A stretch of DNA of 64,000 bases from Eledone cirrhosa (taxonomy: Eukaryota), in assembly GCA_964016885.1 (NCBI GenBank), contig CAXHJY010000769.1, forward strand, positions 62,001 to 126,000, in the 5' to 3' direction. The notes under the pieces were generated by a model, which saw only the letters and a program-made list of their open reading frames with translations, did not search any database and had not been told where the DNA came from. A program made the position numbers and the translations under genes. Below, in pieces: positions 55,490 through 64,000 of this stretch. Every line of letters begins with the position of its first letter. The first letter of the stretch is position 1.

Positions 55490-55997
55490 CTAATGGTTAA
55501 AGTGTTAGGCAATATCTTAACATTGTGGGTTTGATTCCAGGACTGGGCAGCACCACGTTTTGTGCATTCTTGAGCAAGATGTTTAATTTTGCATTGCATT
55601 TCATGACATGACTTGGACTCCTATAATTAAAATACCCGCCAAAAAACTTCCCATGGGATGCAACTTCACAGGAGGCCAGCAAAATCTGCATAGGTGTGAG
55701 CTGCTTTTCATTTCAATATCAAAGGTTTGGTTCCTCATAATAGTGCTATAGAAATGTGTTGTGCTCATAATCATAAGGTTGTAGGTTCCATTCCTGGGCT
55801 GGGCAGTACATTATGTCTGAGCAAAATGCTTTATTTCATGTTTCTCCAGTCTACTCAGCAGCTGGAAGTTAATCTCTGCAACAGACTGGTGGCTGGTCTA
55901 TGTGCGAAACCTTTTCATATCACTAAGACACCCAAGAAAGCTCCTATGTGATGCAACCTTGTGGGATAGCCAGCTAAACCTACATTAGTGTGAGCTG
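55490..55997 (+). mobile_element. Two tandem degenerate tRNA-derived SINE copies
   Basis: Both have a B-box-like GGTT(T/C)(G/C)ATTCC.GG.CTGGGCAG, then TGAGCAA.ATG, and the shared 3' end GATGCAAC...GCCAGC.AAA.CT.CAT..GTGTGAGCTG (ending ~55703 and ~55997). Confidence 0.6.
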
Positions 55998-56470
55998 TAA
56001 CAACACACAACTACAAGAATATATGAAAAGGATCAAAGTTAACATATAAGAAATACTACTGAAATAAAAAAAGAAAAGAAAAAGTATCAAAATGTCCGAT
56101 TAGACAACCATTATCAATATTTTTTGCCTGCCCTTTGATGTTTGGCATAAGCTTAACAAGATATTTTTGAGGCAGGATTCTACAGACCTTACTCTTTTTA
56201 TTTTTTCTAATGATATAGATCTTGGTATGCTAAGCGACAGGACTTCTTTTTAGACTGGCTGTAAACAAATACCACTGCCTGTTTTAGTGATAATGAATGC
56301 CAACAGAAGAGAGGAGATATACAAACACACACATTATATACCTATATATTCATCACATGCATATTACATAATAGGTTACAATTTGGTTTCCCATTCCAAC
56401 AGGTAATTTACATGGTGCAATTTGTGTCTTGCTATTGGGTGTTCATTAGACCTGTATATATAATATTATG

Positions 56471-57488
56471 CATCATCATCATCATCAATATTTTCCATGC
56501 TTGTATGGGTTATATGGATTGTCATGTTCTGAAGTTAGATTGGTTTTGATCATACATTGTAATATTGGCTTGGTTTCTGTGGCTGTATGCCCTTCCTAAA
56601 ACCAATCACTTTTTAGCATGGACTGAAAGTAATTGTCATGACACCAGCAGTACCACCTTACAGGAGTGAACTAGGTGCTTTTTGTCAGTGCACCAGCACT
56701 ATATATATATTAGTTTGTGGCATTCCATATGGCTGGTTGAAAACAAGGTGATTGTTAAACATAACTACTACATCATATATACCAGGAACACTGGCAACAT
56801 ATTCTCTGTGATGGGTATGAAAATACAGGCAAACAGTTTAAAATTCAATAAAGTTCTTGCAAAAATTCAGAACACATCATTCCATTCTTAGACATAAATG
56901 TAAGAAGAATAAAGAACAGCTCATACAGCTCCTCAATATACAGGGGAAAAAACACCAACAAATGTCTATACATGCATGAGGATAATGAGGATCCCCTTAG
57001 GCATAAAATGTATGTAACAAATCTCTTCTGAGATGAGCCTTTAAATTTCATTCTACAAAAGAAGTACACCCTGTAAAATGGTTGTCAATTGAATGGAGGC
57101 CACACAGGGTAGAGAGGAATCTTCAGTTACATCAAGGACATGTCAAGATCCCTTCCCCTCAGTAATGGTGCTACAATAAAATGCATCCAGTAAAGTCCGG
57201 AAAGTGGTTGGTATTAGGAAAGGCATTTAATTATCGAAATCTTGCCAAAATTGGAATGTATGACCCCGACGTGTATCCCTAAATAAGGACTGACTGACCA
57301 TTAATGAACCATACATCCCATGCCAGCATGGAAAACAGATGTAAAAAGATGAACTCAATCTTTAGAATAAATAGATACACCATATCCCTATGTGTCATAT
57401 GAGGTGACTAAGAGGGGCATCCAGTTGTGAAACAATCTCATGCCAGCATGGAAGAGTGGACGTAAAAATGATGATGATGATAATGATG
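56471..57488. mobile_element. Cluster of RTE-type 3' tail fragments (56471-56700 minus; ~57170-57350 and ~57415-57488 plus)
   Basis: (CAT)n...TTTTCCATGCTTG and GGGCATCCAG...CATGCCAGCATGGAAGAGTGGACGTAAAAATGATGATG motifs, shared with the RTE copies. Confidence 0.6.
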
Positions 57489-57888
57489 AAATCTCAAGCA
57501 CTAACCATTGGTTAATAATAGATACTTTAACACATTAGAAGACCAAAGTACAGAACAGTACAGAAACAAATTGATCCATACTGATATAACAGGTACAACA
57601 TCCAGTAAAAACAAACCATTAATACATATTGTATACTCCATTAACAAAACACATTTGAGCAATGGAGGAATACAATATTAATAAACTCATAAAACAAAAC
57701 ACATGTATTACACCTAATTAACCTGACAGAATTAATGTAAAACCAGACTTACAAGGTGCTGAACATACTTTAAACAACTAATATAAATTTATTATATGAA
57801 AGTGCTAACAATAGATGGAAAGGGATAGAGAAATAAAGAGGGGTAGTGGTGCCGTTGGCAGAAGCAAAATCTAATTTCTCAAGTCTTT

Positions 57889-57914
57889 AGAGAGAGAGCG
57901 AGAGAGAGAGCGAG

Positions 57915-57950
<36 letters not shown>
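57889..57950. repeat. (GA)n microsatellite with a few GC interruptions, followed by (GTG)n
   Basis: Directly visible. Confidence 0.95.
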
Positions 57951-57952
<2 letters not shown>

Positions 57953-58409
57953 GGTGGTGGTGGTGGCAGAGTTGTTGAAAATTTCTTATTTTAAACGTAC
58001 AATGTACTAAAAATATTGTTTATTGGCAAATTATGAGTAAAATATTCCATTTGGGAATTTCAGTCATTTATATATATATTGTGTATGTGTGTGTTTAACT
58101 TATAAATAAAACAAATACCATATTAATCTTTTAATATTTGGTGGCTGTTTTCAATTAAACCAAGGAATTTTCAGACTCAGCTAGTTAAACGTGAAAGTTG
58201 CAAGCTCCACAAACTGTTACATCAGACACACAAGCACGACATGTTCTCATTGGTTGACCAAATACTTATAACAAGGAGTCATTACAGCATATTATAATAC
58301 AGAGCAAGAATCAAAACTAGATAGAAAGAAACATTAGTCAATAATACTACCATCCCATACAGAATTCCACAAAAAAAACAATAACTATGAAACTGTGATC
58401 AATAGAAAA

Positions 58410-59720
58410 AAAAAGTTATGCCCAATGAACCATCAACTAAATGTTACATGGATAAAGGAGATGTTCTAGAAAGGAGAACAAACAGAGACAAACTGATGGA
58501 TCAAGTAATGAAGGTAACAGAGTTTCAGCACAACTGAAAATTAGATTAAATAAGATGAAGTTTGGATTTGTGCCAGGAAGGGAGTACAATCGATGCCCTT
58601 TTCATGGTGAATCAATTGCAAGAAGTTCTTAGCTAGGATTAGTCACTACCACACCCTTTAGTCTCATTTGTTTTAAGGAAACCCTAACCATAACCCATAT
58701 ACAAATATACCATTAGTTGTGAGAGATGGAAATGAGCTTACTCAATAATTTAATGTGAAAGAAGGTGTTCATCAAGACTTGGTTCTTAGCCTTCTGTTTA
58801 CTGTAGATCTTCAGGCCATTACAAGAGTTTAAAATTACTTGTCTGGGAGAACTATAATATGCTTATGAACTAGTATTTATAACTGAACCTCTGGAAGATT
58901 TAGAGAAGAGGTTCCAGATCTTGAAACAAAATCTAGCATCAGAAGGATTCAGAGTAAACTTAAAGTTCTAGCGTGTTGGAAAGAAGACAAGATGATGTAG
59001 CCATCAAAGAATGGCCATGCTTGATATACAGAAAAAGAGTAGGAAGGAAATCCACATAGTGTATTCAATTAAAAGGTCTAGTAGGATTGTAGGCAGGTTA
59101 ACAAAAAAGGTAGACTTTGAATATACTAGGGATAATTAGTAGTAAAAACCGAGAAACTTGTTCCAATCTAAAGAAGGTATAAAAGAAGTGGTTGAGGTTG
59201 CTCTGAAAGTTTAGTAACTAAAATAAGAATAGGGTGGAAAAGTTTGGGGAACTATTGCTTCTGTTGGCAACAAAAGGATTCTTTTTCAAGCAAAGGGGAA
59301 ATTGCATGTTACCTGTGTACAAAGTGCTATGCACTATGGTAGTAAGTCATGGGCATCAAACAAGGAGAATATACAAAGGTTAGAAAGAAATGAAGCTAGC
59401 ATGTGTAATGTGGGTGTGCCTGAACAATAAAGAATAGATGAGTTGAGAGAAAAACTGGGTTTCAGAGGAATTATATATAGTGTGTGCAGGAGAGATTGTG
59501 ATTGTATAAACATGTAATGCATATGGATAATGACTGTTGAGTGGAGAAGTGCCACGAGTTCCAAACAGCAAGAAGTTGTGCAAAAGGAAAACGACTGGGA
59601 CAGAAGTGACGAAAGCTGATCTCAAGACCCCGAACTTTACAAAGGAGATGACACAGGAATGAAACACGTGGAGAAATGCTGTACTGGAGAAGACTCATCT
59701 AATTCACACAAATATGGTAA
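58410..59720 (+). mobile_element. Old, heavily decayed RTE LINE (RT to 3' end)
   Basis: Recognisable remnants KGDVLER, LMDQVMKVT, FGFVPGR, GVHQD, RLERNEASM and IDELREKLG, collinear with 51420-52560. Confidence 0.75.
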
Positions 59721-60256
59721 AAATGGTTATATGTAATATGTGTGTGACTGTATAAATATATTACCTATCCTGTTCATAAAACAATGGGTTACAACTAGTG
59801 ATGATGATGAGGACGAGAGGGATGGCGGAGTATATAATATTACAGTATTATGAAGTTTGAGTTGATACTTGTAGCCTATGACTGTTTATCTCAATTTTAC
59901 ATAACAGTATTATTTTTTTTGCTTAAAAATTAAAATCTGTTTATCCCAGGTGATCCGTGACTTGTTAGCCAGTTTGCTTTTGGCAATTGTACAAGAACAT
60001 GCTGTTGTTTATGAATCCTAAAATACAACTGGTTTGTTGTTTTATACAAACCACCTTCAGCAAAGTTATTGCAGCTTTTGTATTTGCTGTTACCTCCTCT
60101 TACTCTCTTCTATTAACACTTTGGATTCCTAACTGCCTGAAACTGTGCACTAGATCTAAAGTGTTTATGTAAAAGAAAAAAAAAACAAAGAAAAACTATC
60201 ATAATGTTATATAAAAACCTTTGTTAAGTTACATTCCAAATACCACCTTAATAATG

Positions 60257-60459
60257 GTTTATAATTTAGGCACAAGGCCAGCAATTTTGAGAAGGAGTAA
60301 GTCTGATCCCAGGACATAACTAGTGTCTCATCAACACAGAAGGGTGAAAAGCAAAGATAACCTCGGCAGGATTAGAACCCCAAATGTAAAAATCTGAAAC
60401 AAAACACTGCAAAGGCATTTCCTCCAACGCTCTGCCAATTCTGCCAATCCACCACCCTG
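60257..60459 (-). mobile_element. SINE with 16-bp flanking direct repeat, inserted into an AT-rich MITE
   Basis: AGGCACAAGGCCAGCAATTTT...GAAGGGTGAAAAGCAAAGATAACCTCGGCAGGATTAGAACCC; TACCACCTTAATAATG at 60241-60256 and 60460-60475. Confidence 0.7.
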
Positions 60460-61774
60460 TACCACCTTAATAATGAAAAAAATTAGTAATGTTGTTCATT
60501 ATTTTCAAATATATTTCAAAATTGTAGATGGCTTCTTTCATTAAAAATATGGTAAAGAAAGGGTTAAGATTTGATGCACTTGGATGATTAATAAATGCAT
60601 TTTTTAAATTATGAATGTAATTTTCGTGGACCTAACTTAAATACTGAACCTAACTCTGGATGCTGTATAGTATCTACTCAACATAGCTGTTCAGCATTAT
60701 AAAAACACTGATTCTTTAAAACTAAATTATACGATTTAATGGGTTCCTATTCAAATTGAAATCTTCCAAAATAATTTGATATAAGAACCTTTTGTTATGT
60801 TATGTTACAAATAATATCTAAATACTAAATAGAGTGTATTTTAATTTAAAAAAAAAAAAGGGGTTAATTTCAAAGAAAACACCTTCAAAACATTTCCACT
60901 TTCTTGGGGGTCCAGGAAAAAATTGATAAAATCTGTCAATAGTATGAATTCAATCAGCGCAATGGTTATTTGTACAAATTGAGGCTTGGCTATAAATATA
61001 TATGTGATAAAGAGGAGGAGGGGGGGGGGGGGTAATGTACATATGTAATTCACATTAAGAAATTATTAACATTTTAAAACCATTTTTAGTCTTGCAAGCC
61101 CCATGACAGGCTTCATGCTCATAATGGAATTCTTTTTGAGGCAATGTTTTACAGCTGGATATCCTTCCAGGTGCCAACTCTTTTAGTTGCCTCTTACAAC
61201 ACATACTGATATGATGTAGCTAATCTAAAACAGATACACACAGCAATCTATACTATAATAATGGGATGAGTGTGGGACAGCGTCCGTTTTATAATTTTTT
61301 ATCCCATTAGTAAAATAAGTTGGATTACTTTGAATAAATAATGAATGAATATTATGTAATTTATCTACTAAATTTCGTAGCTCTTGATTAAACTTAAATA
61401 TTCTTATATATAAAGTATTGCTTATTTTAAGATTTACTTCTTTAAAATTTTCAAATGTCAATACTTACAGTTAGCGTCCGTTATATTATAACACTTATTA
61501 CATCGCTTATATAAACGTTCATATATTTACATCGTTATATAAGGTTTATATTTAGGTTACTAATTTTCTACTTTTTCGTTTATTATATATGCAGTTTACA
61601 TATAATACCATCTTTTTTTAAAATGTATCATGGATTACTTTACTGATTACAGAAGAGAGTGTAACACATACTTTGTTCAATTTCTGTGCATATTGTCAAT
61701 TACGATTTCATTTGACGTATCATATCTACATGCCTATATATTTGTGTATAATATTAATATGCACACTAGAAATG

Positions 61775-61812
61775 CTAGCAGAAAACTACCCGAAGGGTGG
61801 TTTTTCTGCTAG
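61775..61812. other. 38-bp hairpin bounded by CTAG at both ends (Helitron 3'-end-like)
   Basis: CTAGCAGAAAACTACCC-GAA-GGGTGGTTTTTCTGCTAG: ~17-bp stem with one bulge and one G-T pair; the right end is CTAG|T. Confidence 0.5.
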
Positions 61813-62167
61813 TATATATGAAGATGAAACAATACTACATATCCTGATCATAAAACAATGTGTCATGTACTGGTAATAATGATGATGATGAATACTTATA
61901 ATAAATAGCATTTATTATTTCAACTTTGCAAATAAGACCATGGCTATTTTTTTTAGCTGTTTGGAGTGGTGGCGAGAAGGGGTTCTTATAAGCCATTAAA
62001 TACAGTAAGGATTTTCTTTTCACTACAACAACCCTTTTCTCTATCACAACTATAAAAGAAACCTGATATTAAAATGTCTATTTTCAATAATCTAGTATTT
62101 CCTCATAACTCTGAAGGAGTGTATGTGATAAGTATTGTCAAGATGATAATCAAAAACCACCAAATAC

Positions 62168-63974
62168 CATCATCATCATCATCATCGTTTAACGTCCATC
62201 TTCCATGCTTGCATGGGTTTGGACGGAAATTTTCCCACTTAAGGCAAGATTGGTTGTCTTGCTCGTATAGGACTGTCTGGCGGGTTTTCTACGGCTGGAT
62301 GCCCTTCCTAACACCAACCACGTTTACAGTGTGGACTGGAAGGTTTTTACCGTGTTACCTACATGGCCACATTACAGCGTGGACTGTGAGTTTTTTGTCG
62401 TGACACCAACATGACCTTATTTATTTAGGACTGGATGTTGTGGTACCAACATAACTTTACATCGAAAGGGGTGGTGTGGATGGGGTGGGGGTAGTGGGAC
62501 GGGGTGTATTTTTGTTAAGAGGTGCCTACTGACTGTAGGTTTCGCTTTGTACTTAGGCAAGGCGGGTCTTCTGTATTACTGCGTAGCGCCAAAGATCTCG
62601 GTCCAGTGACATTGTCTTGGGGAGGTGTATGTGTGTGAGGTCGGAATTTATCAAGTCGTCCCAGGTTTTTCTGGGTCTGCCTACTCCGTGGCTACCGTTT
62701 ATTTTTATCGCCCTGCACTTTTTTATATAGCTGTCGTCTTTCATGCGCATCACGTGACCGTACCAACGTAGCCTTCTCTCGAGTAAACAACATCTGATCC
62801 CTCTTATTCCTAATTTCTCCCTTAGTTCATTTATGCTTTGCCGTTCACGTATATTACTATTACACATCCAGCGGAGCATGCAAGCTTCGTTCCTTTCCAG
62901 TCTACACAGGTCCTCTGCACGTAATGCCCAAGTCTCACTGCCATGTAACATTGCTGTTCGTATGCAGGCATCATACAGTCTGCCTTTCATTTTTAGAGAG
63001 AAACCTTTAGCGGCCAATAGTGGTATAAGCTCTCTGAACTTTTTCCATCCCGTTCTGACTCTAGCTACTGTACTTTCAGAGCACCCTCCACCACTGCTGA
63101 TTTTGTCACCCAGGTAACGGAAGCTGTCCACTATTTCTATAGAACCATCTGTGCAATGGAATGAGTTAGTATTCTGTGGGCACTTGCTGCTACTTATTGC
63201 ACCAGAGCACCGGCCACATATAAAATCTATATTCTTAGTTAGCTTACCTGTGATCCCACTACATCTTTTATGCACCCATACTTTGCATTTGGGACATAAA
63301 ATGGAGTTTCTGCCTACTCCTTTCCTACACACTGAGAATGGCCATTTCCCAGATGGGACAAGTGCCCTATTTTCCTTCCTACAAACTAGAACTTTAGTCT
63401 TAGACAGGTTAATTTTAAGGCCTTTTGATTCTAGGCCACGCCTCTTCTCTAGTGCAGCCATTGATTCAGCTATGAGCGTTAGATCATCTGCATATAGGAG
63501 TTCCCATGGGCAGCCGGTCTTGAACTCCTCTGTTATAGCCTGAAGGGCAATAATAAATAGGAGGGGGCTAAGGACGGAGCCCTGATGAACACCAACTTTT
63601 ACGCTAAACTCTTCACTATATTCGTTGTTAATTCTAATCTTGTTGACTGTTTCTTTATACATGGCTTGTATAGCTCTCATAAGCCATTCATCAACACCTA
63701 GTTTTCTGAGAGCCCACCAGATAATGGAGCGGAGGACTCTGTCAAAGGCTTCCTCCAAGTCAACAAAAGCTAAGTATAGGAGCTTACTTTTAGCTAGGTA
63801 CTTCTCCTGTAGTTGTCGTACAATGAAAAGAGCGTCTGTGGCACTTTTACCTGACACAAACCCGAACTGCATTTCATCTAGATCAATTCGCTCTCTGATT
63901 AATTGCGCTATTACTTTTTCTGTGACCTTCATGACCTGTCAACCAATTTAATGCCTCTATAGTTTCCCCTACTT
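62168..63974 (-). mobile_element. Young 5'-truncated RTE-clade LINE with 3' UTR and (GAT)n tail
   Basis: Contains the uninterrupted 459-aa ORF 62553..63932. Homology continues, through a 1-nt frameshift, to RGNYRGIKL at ~63974 and then stops. Confidence 0.95.
62553..63932 (-). CDS. RTE LINE ORF2 fragment: reverse transcriptase with an embedded PHD-like finger
   Basis: MQFGF, FVDLEEAFDRV, GVHQGSVLSPLLF, LYADDL, SVCRKGVGRNSILCPKCKVWVHKRC...CGRC, FRYLG, LHGSETW, RLRWYGHVMR and GRPRKTW. No endonuclease domain in this copy. Confidence 0.9.
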   Translation of the reverse strand: MKVTEKVIAQLIRERIDLDEMQFGFVSGKSATDALFIVRQLQEKYLAKSKLLYLAFVDLEEAFDRVLRSIIWWALRKLGVDEWLMRAIQAMYKETVNKIRINNEYSEEFSVKVGVHQGSVLSPLLFIIALQAITEEFKTGCPWELLYADDLTLIAESMAALEKRRGLESKGLKINLSKTKVLVCRKENRALVPSGKWPFSVCRKGVGRNSILCPKCKVWVHKRCSGITGKLTKNIDFICGRCSGAISSSKCPQNTNSFHCTDGSIEIVDSFRYLGDKISSGGGCSESTVARVRTGWKKFRELIPLLAAKGFSLKMKGRLYDACIRTAMLHGSETWALRAEDLCRLERNEACMLRWMCNSNIRERQSINELREKLGIRGIRCCLLERRLRWYGHVMRMKDDSYIKKCRAIKINGSHGVGRPRKTWDDLINSDLTHIHLPKTMSLDRDLWRYAVIQKTRLA

Positions 63975-64000
63975 GTGTATATGTCACACTTCCATGTTGC

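Noticed and set aside
60860-60925. Minus-strand PGPPRKWKCFEGVFFEINPF as the missing UBE2K GPPDTPYEGG exon
   Set aside because: Only GPP and EG match, there is no PETYPFNPPK, and no suitable splice sites were seen. The real exons are near-identical to orthologs.
50073-63974. Prokaryotic RT systems (retron, DGR, group II intron) linked to the repeat array
   Set aside because: The RTs have an APE endonuclease, RTE-type C-terminus, (GAT)n tails and 5' truncations, i.e. ordinary non-LTR retrotransposons. They share no evident nucleotide identity with the monomer.

Overview
Eukaryotic (animal) genomic DNA, most likely a coleoid cephalopod such as Octopus; this is inferred from the SINE, RTE-LINE and MITE families and not proven. 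Bases 1-37499 are one uninterrupted 43-bp minisatellite/satellite array of roughly 880-900 monomers (estimated from length). It begins before the window and shows variant-coded, kb-scale higher-order duplications. The very long minus-strand ORFs over it are artefacts: the monomer has no minus-strand stop codon in any frame. Bases 37500-64000 are repeat-dense intronic DNA holding two internal exons of a minus-strand UBE2K (E2-25K/HIP2) gene: 45880-45962, with the catalytic HPN...C, and 43107-43270. I could not find the N-terminal exons or the UBA exon, so the satellite probably lies inside a very large UBE2K intron. The introns hold several RTE-clade LINEs with a PHD-like C4HC3 finger inside ORF2, SINEs with target-site duplications, Tc1/mariner and piggyBac-type MITEs, and a non-autonomous Helitron. 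They also hold a ~517-bp near-perfect foldback with two mirror-image minimal hammerhead-ribozyme motifs. The most interesting leads are the hammerhead palindrome, the intronic mega-satellite and its possible birth from a LINE ORF2 segment, and the PHD-in-RT LINE. No prokaryotic system or CRISPR array is present.
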